The translations under genes were made by a program, and so were the position numbers. Positions 11,945 to 24,982 of a stretch of 64,000 nucleotides of DNA are shown in pieces. The stretch lies in contig CM052817.1 in assembly GCA_028534125.1 (NCBI GenBank), positions 16,494,001 through 16,558,000 on the forward strand, written 5' to 3'. This DNA comes from Lama glama (lineage: Eukaryota). A model generated the notes under the pieces. It saw only the letters and a list, made by a program, of their open reading frames with translations, did no database searches and was not told where the DNA came from. Each line of letters begins with the position of its first letter. Within the stretch, counting starts at the first letter, position 1.

Positions 11945-12629
11945 AGTAGCACACATCTGGAGTCTCATGGCCTGAAAACACACTGATCTCCTAATGGTTT
12001 TCCACATTGTGTGCCCCTGACACAATCCTTTGTAAGAAAGTAGAAGAAAAAGTTTCCTAAGTTGAGATTCAGGAGTACAAAATAGATCCTAGAGCCAAGT
12101 TTCAGGATTTAAAAAGCAAAAAGCAGAGTACGACCTCCATGGGTTTTCAGCTCAAGATTGTCACAGCAAGCACTAAGCACAGGTACTGTCTGCGGGGTGC
12201 ACACGAATGCTGACAAGTACAGTAACCTTTATGTGGGGAGGGGATGTGGGAGCTACGGAATTTGCCGTGTGCTAAAAAACTCCTCTTTCCGATGAAGACA
12301 GAAAGGAGAGAAATGCAGGCTGTCTCAAGAAGAACACAAGTGCACTTCCTCCCCCTCCACCCTAAACAGTGGTTTGCTGCCTCTTTTTCAAATATTTGCC
12401 TCCTGAAACTGCCCCATCACACAGCCCATGGTCGAAAAATGCTTCCTTCCTTTGTGGCAACACAGAGGGATGGGCTTAGTGGGATGGACTATGCCTGGGA
12501 AAGGTCTGTTTACACTCCTGAAGCCACACGCTTCTGAAGCACAGAGGAGGCAACCTCTAATTGCTCCCTGGGGCTTTTCTCAGCTGGTGCCCCTCCAGGC
12601 TTCCTGTCTGGGGCTGACACCCTGACATA

Positions 12630-12780
12630 GGACCTTACTGGGACCAGCAATGTGGGCATCAGCCTGTTAGACGGGCAGCGTCTCAGGCCCTTCCTAGATC
12701 CATTTAATGCAAATCAAGATTTTCCCAAGAATCCAGGGGATCCGTGAGCACATTAAGGTGTGATAGCCCTGCACTAGGGG
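12630..12780. mobile_element. MER5-like hAT remnant
   Basis: gcagcgtctcaggcccttcctaga...ccaggggatccgtgagcacattaaggtgtga. Confidence 0.5.
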
Positions 12781-14126
12781 ATTTAGACCTTCTCTAGAGG
12801 AGTAAGTCGTTTCACTGAGGGTCAGCCACCCCCTCTAGGCAGTGGGCTTCTTGAGAGCAGAATCATGTCTTTTGGATCTTTGTATCCCCAGGTCCTCACA
12901 CTGTGTTGGAATAAAGTAGCAGCTCAAAACAAAATTTTTGAACTGAAGTGAGTAGATCTCCCCGGTCAGCCAGACCCCTCAAGCTTACTCCACGACCTGC
13001 AGACACACCTTTTCTCCCCACGATTCCTGAGCCTCCCAGGGTGGGCACCACCTTGAGTGTCCAAATTTGCCCCAATGAAGCGAACACTGCCCGGGCTCTG
13101 GGCAACTCTGCACACTCCAGAGATTGAGGTTGGAACATTGTGATGCAAAGCACAACATCATGTGCATCTGAATAAGCAAGTTTGGGACCAGAATTCTGGT
13201 CAATGTCAATGTCAACACTGAACCGAAATCAGGGTCCTAGTGAAAAACTTGCTAGACATTCAACAGTGGACACAGAAATAGCCCACCAGGCAGGAAGGGA
13301 GGGAGAGTGAGAAGGAGGAAGGTAAGAAACCAAGGGGAATGACAGTGGGGGAGGAGAAGGAGAGAAAAAATAGGCCAGGGCTTGTGGGACCTAAATTTTA
13401 CCTTCCTATTTTCCAGTGGAACTTGGAATTTTTTCATCCCCTTTCACGGTATCATTGACATTAAATATCCAATCTCCCCGGCCCCACATCAACTTGAGTA
13501 ATATACTACAGCCAAGCTTGGCTGCATCTGCTCTCTTTCCCCTTACTCAATTCAAGTTAGGAATGCTCCGACCATACATTACTGTTGGGATTTTAAAAAT
13601 GATTTATTTTGCTACACAATTCAGACCTTTGAACCATACTGGATGCTGGGTGCTTTGTTGACATAGTAGTTAGGGATAAAAGGAGAGTTTGGGGGATTGC
13701 AGAATTCTGACTTTCTATAAATCACTAATTTTATTGTAGTAAATAGAGGTCACCTCCTGGAACTTCAATAGCCTGCCTTGAAAAATGGTATGAAGCTATC
13801 AAAGTCCATCAAAAGGGAAAATAGGACAAATGGAGTTGAGGGGAAAGAATATTTTCTCGGTTGCAGCCAAGGCCACAGCAAGAATATGGCCAGTACGGTC
13901 AGAGACGCTTTTAAGAGCTGGGCCAGAAACTTCCCCTTGCTTCTTTGAGCATATTGTATATTGCTCCTGCCCCAGATGAAAAGCTAAAGATGAAGAATGG
14001 GGCAAAGTAGCTGGGGAGGGGAGGACCTTGGAAGTTCAGTCCTGCTGTGAGCTTATAAAGGCCTAGGCCAGAACGTACTCCAAAACCTATGCCCTGACTT
14101 GGCTGAGAATAATGAAAACCATATAT

Positions 14127-14892
14127 GGCAGGAGTTGCAAACACAAATACAGATTCAGGGGCCATGGAAGGCAGGAAAATAATAAACCAGACTGGGAAGG
14201 GTCTGCTCTGAACGGAGATGCTCTAGCTTGAGCTTTAGTACTCATTTCCAACTGCCTTCTCTCTTAGCAGTAGAGGCAGTAGTGAAATGTTCCATTTCCC
14301 AGGCAAGCCTGCAGCACGGTATGTCTGATACCACTCACTTCTAAGCTTTAAGATATTAGCGGAAGTCCCCGGGAAGTCTTCTCTCATATGAAAGGACAAA
14401 GACTCACTAGGAGAGATTTTGTCCTTTTTCCTTTTCTGTCCTCCACCTTCTTTTCTTATCTGAAACACAGATGCTGTGGCTGGATATGTAGCAGCCATCT
14501 TGAGATTATGAGGACCAAACATCACATGCTGAAGATGGCAGAGCAGCAGGACAGAAGGGCCCAGGGTCCTGATGGTATCGCTCAGCCAGTCCCAGCCCTG
14601 GACTTCTGACTCCTAGACATCTTGCTGCATGAGAAAAACTAACCCCTTACTTGTTTAAACCATGGTGGTCAGATTTTCTGTTATTCACACAGTGATATAC
14701 CACCCCTAGCTCTAACCTTTGTTGCCATGTAGGAATGCTGGCTTAGTGTTGCCATGTCTGATTTTTCAAAAGAAGATGTAGGTCTAGATTACTTTTTTAC
14801 ATGTAATTTCCCAGTTGGCAGTTGGGAATGGATCCCAATAGAGACAACGAACTGAATTATTTGAAAACACGCTTCTGATTTGTGACCTCTGA
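14127..14892 (+). mobile_element. MER102-like hAT element interrupted by MLT1K-like LTR (~14235-14705)
   Basis: Flanks ggagttgcaaac and tgttgccatgtaggaatgctgg...atttgtgacctctg; insert has gcagccatcttgagattatgagg...gctgaagatggcagagcag...cttgtttaaacca. Confidence 0.6.
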
Positions 14893-14899
14893 CTTCTAG

Positions 14900-15100
14900 A
14901 GTATTTATTCTGGGCCAAGTATGATACGAAGCACTCTGTATAGATTATCTCATTTAATCCTTACAACAGTGTTGAAAATAATGCTATTATTACTTCTGTT
15001 TAATAAATGAGAAAACTGAGGTGCAGAAGTTAACTTGCCCAAGGCCGTAGAGCTAGGAGGGAAAGAGGCATTATTAAAACTCAGGCCTGTCTTTGGACCA
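14900..15100 (-). mobile_element. MIR SINE
   Basis: tctcatttaatccttacaac...atgagaaaactgaggtgcagaagttaacttgcccaagg. Confidence 0.8.
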
Positions 15101-15121
15101 GGTATTGCTCATTGCTACTTC

Positions 15122-15257
15122 TTTTTTTTTTTTTTTTTGGAGGGGTTTATATAATTAGGCTTACTTATTTATTTTTTAAATGGAGGTACTGGGGATTGAA
15201 CCCAGGACCTCGTGCATGCTACGCATGTGCTCTACCCCTGAGCTATACCCTCTCCCC
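15122..15257 (-). mobile_element. tRNA-Ala-derived camelid SINE (vic-1 type)
   Basis: Reverse strand reads ggggagagggtatagctcaggggtagagcacatgcgtagcatgcacgaggtcctgggttcaatccccagtacctcca, then AT-rich tail and poly-A. Confidence 0.9.
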
Positions 15258-15267
15258 TACTAATTAC

Positions 15268-15700
15268 TGTTGAATCAGCCATCTATTGCCATCGTAATGC
15301 TGCTTAGCAAACCACCCCACACTCATGTTGGCTTACAAGTGGCTTACAACCAGGATTTATTCTCATGCTGCCACGTCTGTGGATTGACTGCGATTTGGGT
15401 CTCAGTGGGAGACTCTGCTTCAGGCTGTGTGTTCTGTGGGACAGGCAGGGAGTCAAGTTCAGGTTGACTCCATGTATGTTCATCCTGGGGCCCAGGTGAA
15501 AAGGCAGTGGCCACGCAGGAGATGCTCTTAAGAACTAAGCCAAACAGCCTGGTGCATTTAAGGCCCCTGGTCATGTTGTGACTAGCATTCCATTAGCCAG
15601 AAAAAGTTATGAAGCCAAGACCAAATCGACAGAGCAGAGACATACATTGCGCCCACGGTGGGAGGGAGAATAAGTGTTGCTGAACAACAATTCAGACAGT
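15268..15700 (-). mobile_element. MaLR LTR (MLT1H/I-like)
   Basis: tcagccatctattgcc...atgctgcttagcaaaccacccc...cattccattagccagaaaaagtta. Confidence 0.65.
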
Positions 15701-16119
15701 GGCAATTATGCTCACAGTCTCAGGAAAAGCTGAAACAAAGACTCCTTTTATTCCCACTGCCTGTTTGCAGCAGTGGCACATGATGCACAGACCTGGAAAA
15801 CGGGGCACAGAGCCATCCGAACTCATCTAAAATCACTTCATTTCAGAGATGTCATCACCCTCTGATGATGTTACGCCCTTCAAATTGCAGTCCAGCTCCA
15901 GCTTCTGGGAGGCGACTGGCAGAAGGTAGGGAGGAGTCGGTGGGAAGATATCCCAGCTCTTTTCCAGGGAAGAGGTTTCATCTCATTCCAGTTTTGAGCC
16001 ATGTAAGCTCTGCCTGGTGGTTTCCATGGCATCTCCCGCCCTGCTTCCTGCCTTGTCTCTCTTCTTTTTCCCTTATCATCATTTGCACTTTCCCTCCTCC
16101 TTCTCCAGCACTCTGGAAG

Positions 16120-16340
16120 TTTCATTCATCCAGTCACTCGATCATTTCATTGATAAGCATCTATTGACACCTCTTCTGTTGCAAGCACTGTTCATGATGT
16201 TGGAGAGACCATGAGAACAGGACTGGAATGATCGTCATTTTCGTGGAGCCCCCTTCTAGCGGGAGCAGACAGGTAATAAACAAGTAAGTGAAATGAACGA
16301 GATCACTGCAGAGGGTGAGAAGTGCTCCTGAGGACAGACA
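16120..16340 (-). mobile_element. L2 fragment
   Basis: tcattcatcc...aagcatctattgacacct...tggagcccccttctagcggg. Confidence 0.6.
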
Positions 16341-16715
16341 GGATGGAGAGGGGAGCAGCGGGAGGGAAGGACAGGAGAGGAGGGAGCTCAGTGCCTGAAT
16401 AGGCTTTCACTGGAGGCTCCGCCTTCATTCAATTCGGCACAGCTTCTGGAAACACTTATGTGGTGTCTGTGTCAGCAGGATCTCCTGACCCGCAGTGTCC
16501 TGTGTGGTTCTGTGAAAAACGTGTGTGGGAGATAAGGGATGGGGTGTGTGTGGAGGGGGAACCATAGGGAAGGGCGGGAGGGAGGACGTAACAGCTCCAT
16601 CCATTCCTTTTATAGGTGGTTGACGTCCCTCCCCAAACACGAGCTTTACACAGAGATGTCACTTGGGAACACCCTGTGTCACTAGAGAGAATCCAACCTC
16701 ACCAGTTCTCTAAAG

Positions 16716-16905
16716 CAGTGGTTCTCGACAGGGAGAGGGGGCGACTTTGCCTCCACGGGACAGACACTTGGCAGTGCTGGGAGGCACTTCTGATGGTCAC
16801 AGCTCGGGCAGTGTGTGCTACTGTGCATGTGGGCAAGTATTCAGCTGAGTATCCTGTAACGGCAGGACAGAACTGTCCACCGCGGGATGTCACCAGAGCC
16901 CAGGT
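16716..16905 (+). mobile_element. MER20 (degenerate)
   Basis: cagtggttctc...ggcgactttgcctcc...gacacttggcagtgctggga. Confidence 0.65.
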
Positions 16906-17149
16906 GCTCTAGAGACATGTTTGTTAGCCTCTCAGTCTTCTCTGCAGGGGCTGGGTTTAATTGCTGGATATAATTTTGTTTACCTTGAGAAAGGGTGATA
17001 TACACACATCACAAAATTCAGAAAGTGCAGGAGGGTCCCTGCTGAAAGTGCCTGTCTCCTCCAGCCTCTTAGTGCCCCTCTGTCTTCCCCACCACTAACC
17101 TCAGTTCCTTCTGCATCTCATGCGTCTCCCTCTGGGAGACCCCTCTGGG

Positions 17150-17624
17150 CATATTGGAACAGACCCTGTCAGTGCCCTGCTAGTGTCCTCCCTCCCCTCC
17201 CCTCGACACCCCAAAGGCCGCTCTCTGTGAACCCTGAATCTTCCCTCATAGGGCTATTTGTTCTGGCCCTGGGAGCACCTTTGGCAAGTTTGAACGAGAG
17301 AGTGAACGCCCTGGAATTAGCCCACAACCAAAGACAGACAGAAAGTTGGATAAATAGCCCAGTCTCCTGGCCCCGTGGGAGAGATAACTGTGAGGTGAAG
17401 TTCACGCTCTTTTCCAGACTTCCCCAGCAGGACTGCACTCCTGGCCTTCAGCAGTAACTCTTGATAGTGCCCTTAATTGACTATCTTTCCTCTCCTGCCT
17501 GTCTTCCTTACTTCCTTGCCTTACTTCTCTGCTTCCTGTTGGAGTTTCTTGGGATCACAAACACTGACATACACTTATATTCTTCTCTTAAAAGTTTGAT
17601 TCTGGAGGAATGCAAATTAAGACA
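17150..17624 (+). mobile_element. ERVL LTR (LTR16-like)
   Basis: gttggataaatagcccagtctcctggcccc...gataactgtgagg; end ttctggaggaatgcaaattaagaca. Confidence 0.65.
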
Positions 17625-17855
17625 GCTATAAATATATATACACATAAACATGTGTAATATACATAGGTAATGTAATATATACATATATAATATGTATTAT
17701 GTATTACTTATTGTGCACATTACATGTATGTATATGTATATATTATATTACATACATATATTACATTATATCTTGTACACATATTGTATACTATATTTAT
17801 TACATACATGTACAATATGCATATATACACACATATATGTACATGTATATATTAC
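17625..17855. repeat. (TA)/(TACA)-rich low-complexity tract
   Basis: Directly visible. Confidence 0.9.
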
Positions 17856-18199
17856 CTTATACAGACTGAATATTTGTGTCCCTCCCCAAATTCGTTTGTT
17901 GAAATCTAATCCCCAGTGTGATGTTATTAGGAGATGGAGTCTTTGGAAGGTGATCAGGTCATGAGGGTGGAGCCCACATAAAGGTTAGTGCCTTTATAAA
18001 AGGGACCCTAGAGGACTCTCTTGGCTTCTTCCTACCATGTGAGGAGACAAGAAGTCGGCAGGCGGGAGGAAGGCTCTCACCAGCCCCTCACCCTGATTTT
18101 GGACTTCCAGCCTCCGGACTGTGAGAAATAAATTTCTGTTGCTTATAAGCCACCCAGTCTATGGTAATGTTTGTTATAGCAGTCTGAATAGACCAAGAC
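17856..18199 (+). mobile_element. MaLR solo LTR (MLT1A-like)
   Basis: ctgaatatttgtgtccctccccaaattcg...ggacttccagcctccggactgtgagaaataaatttctgttgcttataagccacccagtctatggta. Confidence 0.85.
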
Positions 18200-18269
18200 T
18201 ATATGTATGTCTGAGTACATATGTACACATGAACACACACACACACATACACACATATGAAGACGTGTG

Positions 18270-18600
18270 CATATATCTACTTTTTTACATGGATGGTAGT
18301 ATTCTTCACCTTGCGTTTTCACTTAATTATATGCCTTGTTACTTGTCCCTTATTACATAGGGAGCTATCTCATTCTCTTATTGGCAGCATTGTATTTCAT
18401 TATACAGATATACCATGATGTGTGGACATCTAGGTCATTTTCAATCTTCCATGTTTATAAATGTTGCTGAAGTGACTATCTTACATTTGATGTAATTTCT
18501 TCCAGTGGAACTGTTGGGCCATGGGGCATGTGCATTTAAAGTTTTGATAGACATTGGCAAATTATTCTTCATAAAGCCCATACCAATTTATATCTTCTCA
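18270..18600 (-). mobile_element. Old L1 (L1ME-like) fragment; a further piece lies at ~16970-17100
   Basis: ggacatctaggtcattttcaat...gtggaactgttgggccatggggcatgtgcatttaaagttttgataga. Confidence 0.6.
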
Positions 18601-19149
18601 TCGGCAAGGGATCAGAGTAGGAACTCAGTGCTGGAAAGGTGGAGCCAAATGTTTCTGCTCTGGTTTGGTCACTGCTCAAAGCATTTTTCTTTCTTCTGTA
18701 CGTTGGAGGCTGACATAACCGGGGAACACCCCAGGCTGTGGAATCATAGGTGAATGAACACATCCCAGAGGCGCAGGTGCACATGTACACACAACGTCAC
18801 CCCTCATACTCATCTAGTTAGTTAGAATCCTTGTTGGTTAAGCGTTTCTGAGAAAGAAAGTTCTGAACTCCATGAAAGAGAGGTTTCCAAGTCAGATTCA
18901 GTAATATATTGAAGGGATATGTGCATTTCCCATGACAGCACCCCCTTGAGATATAATAAAGACAAATGTATTTGCAGCATTTACCCTTTGCCTGGCAGAG
19001 AGCCAGGTGTCTTCCCTGTGTCCTTTTATCACTTCACAACCTATAGTGGAGATCATGTTCTGATCCCTGGTTTTTTGTTTTTTTTTTTTCAAATGGGGAT
19101 TCTGAGTCACAGAGCTGTTGATTGACCACATTATCAGTAGAAGAAAGAA

Positions 19150-19340
19150 GTCCAGAGCATGGTCTCTGTAACCTGAACTGCCCAGGTTAAAATCTGGGCT
19201 CTCCTCTTTTTAGCTGGGTGACTGGAGGCAGGTGATCCTTCCTCTCTGGGTCTCAGTTTCTTCCTCTGTGAAATGGAGACGTTGTTGTGAGGACTAGACA
19301 CATTAATAGATAGAAAATGCTCAATAAAGTTTGGGTATCG
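19150..19340 (+). mobile_element. MIR SINE
   Basis: ctgcccaggttaaaatctggg...ctcagtttcttcctctgtgaaatgg...gctcaataaa. Confidence 0.75.
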
Positions 19341-19536
19341 TCTTTTTCTATCTGACTCTTCAAACTTTTAATCACTATATTCTACTGTATCTGAGTAGTC
19401 CTGTTCATTTTTTAAAATAAAAATAAATTTTATATTTCTAAGATTTTGAGAAAATAAATGAAAGAGATAAAGCAAAAGTTTTATTCCAGAAATTCTCTAA
19501 GTGCACTTAAAAATGTTGCTGGAACCACCCTCCCAC

Positions 19537-19691
19537 CTGAGCAGCATGGATGGCCAAGGGGATGCGGTGGGAGCAGATTACACCACCGTGAGTGGCCGGT
19601 GGAGGCAGCAGTCAGCACCGACTGCCATGCTTATCTGCAGAAATCCAGGCTCTCTGCCTTCTAGAATAATTTGATCCACACCATCTGGCAG
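19537..19691 (-). other. Candidate 155-nt exon
   Basis: About 30-nt pure pyrimidine tract ending tttcaag|C; donor CAG|gtggga. Confidence 0.3.
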
Positions 19692-20298
19692 CTTGAAAGG
19701 AGAAAAAGAAGAGGAAGAAGAAGAAACAGCAGCCATGTAGCATGAGTGTAATTCCCAATCTGAGTTATGCATTCTCATGTAATATCAGCCAAATTTAAAC
19801 ATGTCAACATCTCAACAATTGCTGATTTTTCAAGTACTGTGCTATGCATCTGGCAGGCGCTCATTGAATGCTCTTCAATGATGGTGACGTAAATGTATTT
19901 ACTAAAATATAGCGTATTGAAAACATAAGTAGTATATTGTGATGTCCCTTAGTTTGCACTTGCATAAATTGGCACTCTCTGAAATAAGTGGTTGAGATTT
20001 AAAAGAACATGATATGTTTTTAAATGTTCAAAGAATCGTTAATTATAGAGCTCACAAATCCTTTCGTTCATTTCTCTCATTTTAAGTGGAGGAAAACTTA
20101 GCCCCCAGATTAGTTTTTTTGATAATGAGAGCAAGAGGAGGGTGGAAGCCAAGCACCCTGCACCCCCAGCAGGGGGGAAAATGGGGGAGAGAGGTCCGTG
20201 GAAGCTGGACCACCCAGGCTTCTGGAGCATCCTCCCTCCCTCCTCTCTTCTGTGGTGACTTCCTGGAAACGAAGCAGGTAACCAGGTGTAGCTCTGCT

Positions 20299-20620
20299 TT
20301 CTGAACTTCTGGTTTGCTCTGAGATGCAGGTAGTGTGCCTGCGGTTTATTAGGAAGGGTCCTTGAGATTGGAACCTATAGAAGGGAAAAGCAGAGTTGAG
20401 CTGGGATGCCTCCACGGAGCCCCTGGACAACTCTGTGGGACGTTCTGAAGCCAAGGTGTCCCCTCAGATTGTCCCAAGCTGAGATAAGGGGAGTGGGCCT
20501 TGATATCCTCACAGTGACTGGCCCACAGATGTGAGCTGTCTCCCTTCTGGATGCCAACAGCACTCTCAGGGCCAAAGGAGAGCCTTTCATGCCTGAAGCA
20601 GTCCTAGGCATCCCATCACA
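20299..20620 (-). mobile_element. ERVL LTR (LTR33-like)
   Basis: ctctgagatg...ggtttattaggaagggtccttgagatt...cccctcagattgtcccaagctgag. Confidence 0.55.
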
Positions 20621-22119
20621 GTGCCCGTCACACCTGGACAGTGCCTGGCACAGAGTGAGCCATCACTAAATGTCTGTTGAATGGATGAACCCATCTAGAG
20701 CCTTGGGACAGAATTGCGAGGGGCAGAATAGGTTGTCACCTTTATAATGTGATTTAGAGACAGCAAGAAGAGGTCAGTTCACTCAAGGTAAAATAAAACT
20801 CCTTTCCACCTGTCTCTCTGGAATCTGGAGTTTCTCAGTCTTCTTGGACAAGGGAAGCATTCCTCGGCAAGGGCTACCTCTGTGATGTGGACTTCCAAGA
20901 TCACTCGTGGTGCTATGTTGAATGTCACTCATCACTTTCCCTCTTCATTTTGGGCACTAGAGAATGCAGAGCTAAATTTGCACCTCATCTAGAGTAATGC
21001 ATGGAATTATATTATAATTTGAGGGCTTTAATACTTCATTGTCTACCCCCCCCCCAAATTTGATATCCCATTCGAATGTGTAGTTTCCCTGATTCTTGTG
21101 TTTTAGCATTTATTTGTGTCTTATATTTTAATTTATGTGTTTCTGAGAGCCTCTCTAATCTATGGAACCAGGCCAAGTATGAACACACGCATACTCTAAT
21201 TTTTTTTTCTTCTCTCGACGCTAGTGTTTGGGACCCAGTCTCACTGACATTGACTATGATTCTATGACATCAAGGCCAGTGGATGAGATCAGTAGGATTA
21301 TTCTGGGGTCTTTAATGGAATGCATTCCCCTTGGAATGCTCTCCTTTGGCTCAAAAAATTATAGTCATCATATTTGTAAGTGGTAGGAGGCATTCCTTAT
21401 AAGGTCTAGTTGTGTGAACTTTTATGTAATGCAACTTTATTTCCTGTGCTTAGTTTATATATTAAACACTGGTTTTAAACACACATGAAGAAGTATTTTC
21501 AGCCATAACTTAGTGATTTTACATTAAAAATGCCAACATCCAGCTCCTTTGGTGTGAATGACAATTGCTTCTTGTCCCCTGGTGTCTGCAGGGTGGGCAG
21601 TGCTGGTCTCTGTGGGGTTTACAGCTGACCCTGGCCTCTGCCCTTGAGGAGACAGCAGAAGTGACATTGTTAAAGAAAAACTGTTGTTGAAAAAGTTTGC
21701 TTCCCCATCCAGTGTTTATTCAGACAGCCAAGAAATTGAGGTTTCTGTCCATTTACGTCTAGGAAAAACTTGCTTTCATTGTGTTTGAGTAATAAAAGCA
21801 AATCAAGAAGTTGTATGATGTTTTTGATGGGACTTTGACATGGTGTAGTTGAATGAGTTTAAAACTGTAGGATGAAGAGTGAATCCTAATTTACAGCCAC
21901 TGCTATGTACTGGGCTTTTGGGAATCCACCTCTGAGATACTATGGCCTAGTGAGTGCTGAGGCTTCCATGGGGTTTTGGATCCAGATACATATATACCAT
22001 CAGAAACTATACATCTTTCTCAGAGCAGAACTAAAGTTCTCTCAGGTCCATAACTGACTACATATTTTAATGACATTTCAAGCCTCTGGAGCATGGGTCT
22101 TTAATTTTATCTTTTATTT

Positions 22120-22600
22120 GTTCATTTTTTCATCTATTCACTCAAAAAAGTATTTACTGAAACCCTACTATGACGCAGGCACATCTATTGAGATAGGTGA
22201 AGAACCGAACAAGAAAATATAATGGAGTGTGAAAAGTATTGGGATGGAGGACCTGCAGGGTAATAGAGGAGCCCAATGGTGCATCAGGGAATGTATCAGA
22301 GAAAATAGTGTCTAAGATGAATGGAGATGGAGGAATGTTCCAGGTAGAAGAACAGTGTATGTGAAAGCCTGGAGAAAGGCACTCTCAAGAATCAGGTATT
22401 TGTGGAGTAAAAGAAATCCAGTTGGCTGGAGCCCCAAGTACGAGAGAAGGAGAGGGATGGAGGGAGGTGAACTGTGGATAGGCAAGTGCAGGGGAGGGCG
22501 TCTGTACTTTATTTTGGGGTCAATGGGGAAACCATTTTGAAGAATTTGAAGTGATATGACGACACAGTCAGATTTTTGTTTTGTTAGACTGGACAGGAGG
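22120..22600 (-). mobile_element. L2 fragment
   Basis: gtatttactgaaaccctactatg...gttccaggtagaagaacagtgtatgtgaaagcctggag...aatggggaaacca. Confidence 0.7.
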
Positions 22601-23439
22601 TTGTTGCCACCTGGACTCAGGTGGTGACAGCAGCAAAAGATGCAGAAGCACTCCAGTGGTGCTTTGGAGGCAGAATGTCCAGCCTCGGGTGGTCCTCCAG
22701 CCAGAACCTCGTATTGGGGAACTGGGAGTGAGGAGCTGAGATGCCACCTACACAGCTACCCTGCCTGGGGTGCTGAGGCTCACTGCCCCGGGGTCCTATT
22801 GCCGCCAGAGTCTCCACAGAGTTCAGTCTCCTATTGGATTTTCCCTGATGTAGGACCTGTTTCCAGGAGTGATTGGAAATGAATATGAAATCCCCAAGGT
22901 GGATTCACGCTCAGAAAAAATGCAAAAATGATTCTTCATCTGCCTTGCACCTGAATCTCTAGCCTTTCTCTAAATCGGCCTGAGGTTGCTCCCACTCTGA
23001 CTTTGATTTCTGTTGTAAGCCCGCTTCATTCCGAGCAGGGGAGGATCTCTTCCGGAAGCAGGCCAAGGCATCAGCTTCAGAACCTTCATCAGGTGCGTCC
23101 CAAGGAGGCACATCAGCTCTGAGAATGTGTGTGAATGACCTTTGTAAACAGGAAAGGGCAGGACAAGGTAAGGCTGGAGGCTTCCCTCAAGTAGAACAGG
23201 GCTTCCTCGCACCACGTGCATAAGAAAGTGAACTTTAGTAATTAACCTATTTAAAAAATAACTGAGCACCTACTCTATGCAAGGCACCATTGAAGGCAGA
23301 ATCCATATATTATTTATCTCTTTATGCTTCATCCCAGGCACAGACCTGGAAGAGAGAAGCTGGGTGTTGCTGTACTATGCAGCGAGCCTCAGAATCCTCC
23401 AGATACATCTCCGGGTGCACCTGCACACCTGCATCTTAC

Positions 23440-23730
23440 CGCGGTGGTTCAAACCATGGGCTCTGAAGTCAGGCTTGAATTAAATTCCAGATGGCTCAAT
23501 TGTGAACGATGTGGTCATTGGCAAGTCACTTAGCTTCTATAAATCTCCGTGACCTCACCTATAAAGTAGGGGAGCCATTAGATCAAAGAACACAAAATTA
23601 TTGCTTTTGTAAGCTCCAAATCAACAATTTCATATGGCTCGACCACCTATGATAAAGGAATGTTGAGAGGATTAAATGAGATTAGGCACTAAAAATTTCA
23701 TCCAGTCCCTGTCACAAGGTAGGGAGCCCT
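23440..23730 (+). mobile_element. MIR SINE (interrupted)
   Basis: ggctctgaagtcagg...tgggcaagtcactt-like core...gaggattaaatgagat. Confidence 0.7.
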
Positions 23731-24011
23731 CTTGAGCCTTCTCTTCTTTTTAGGATAGTAAGAAATTAAACTAAAATAATTATTATTATTTGTACCTGGG
23801 GAGGACAGTTTGACTCGTGGGTGTTGGAGGGGGTCTACTTCTCCATCTCTCAAATTCCATTAAGAGTTTTCCCTGACCACTCCTGGCCTCTTGCCACACC
23901 CTCATCCCTCCCCTTGGAGATGGAGTGAGTTACCTAACTGGTGAGTGACAGCCATTGGTCCACATTTTTTGGTGGGGAAGAACTGGTCCATCAAGAATAT
24001 TAAAGATAGGG

Positions 24012-24044
24012 GTGTGTGTGTGTGTGTGTGTGCACACGCGCGCA
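24012..24044. repeat. (TG)n-(CA)-(CG)n alternating tract
   Basis: gtgtgtgtg...tgcacacgcgcgcac. Confidence 0.9.
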
Positions 24045-24509
24045 CCTCTCTCTGCCCTCCTCCCCCTCCACGATCCTCCCCTAAGCCAGTGCCAGGCAGC
24101 CATCCTGCATGAGGTATCTGTTCCGTAGACTCAACTGTCCCCTGCTGGTGTTCAGCTGTAGAATGGCATGTGTGGGTCGCAGGAGAGGCAGGGAGAATGA
24201 GGAACCCACACCTAAGTCCTACCCTCCATCCAGTTTAGTAGCAATAAAGCAGATGTTTTGATATCCATCTTTTCATTCCCGGCCCTCTGATTTGATTTAG
24301 AATTGGGCACAGAGGAGAGTGCTGGAGTTAATTAGTTCCCTCAGCTCCCACGGAAGGGAATGGACCCACTGGCTCTGGGAAGGCGTTGTGGTAACCACCC
24401 GGCTTGCATGAGCTGGAAGAAAGTCTAGACTGGCAGGAAAAGGGAAGGAGCTCACAGTGTGGCCACAGTAAGTAATTTCAGACTTTCAGCTGGGGAGGCA
24501 AAATCAAGC

Positions 24510-24670
24510 ACAGATGTCCCTTGGTATCCCTGGGGGACTGGTTCCAGGACACTTGTGGATGCCAAAATCCCGATGCTCAAGTCCCTTATATAAAGTGGCG
24601 TAGTACAGTCAGCCCTCCCCATCTTCGGATTCAGGCATCCCCGTATGGGATTCCATTGTTGTATCACTGC
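24510..24670 (+). mobile_element. MER2/Tigger-type short DNA transposon
   Basis: gtcccttggtatccctgggggactggttccaggac...gatgctcaagtcccttatataaagtggcgtagta matches the MER2 5' end. Confidence 0.8.
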
Positions 24671-24982
24671 TCTCCTGGTGAGGGAATCCCAACTGAGGGG
24701 CGGGGTGGGGTGGAGGTGGACAGCTTCCTTGGCCATCATAGCCAGAGAAACTTTCCTCGCTAGGGGCACTGACTATCGTCTCCAGCTTTCTGTTTTTTCA
24801 GAAACTGTTCCTTCTTTCTCCAAATTCCTGTTACTTTGTCCTGCTTTCCTGCCCTCTCCCCAACCCGCCCCAGTCCTAGACATCACCTTCCCCTTCCCAG
24901 TGCTCTCCCCTTGCTCTGCTGTACCAAGAAGTCCTGCCCCAGCCCCCTTGCTGTAGCTCAGGGGCTCCTCAGCAAGGCCGAT

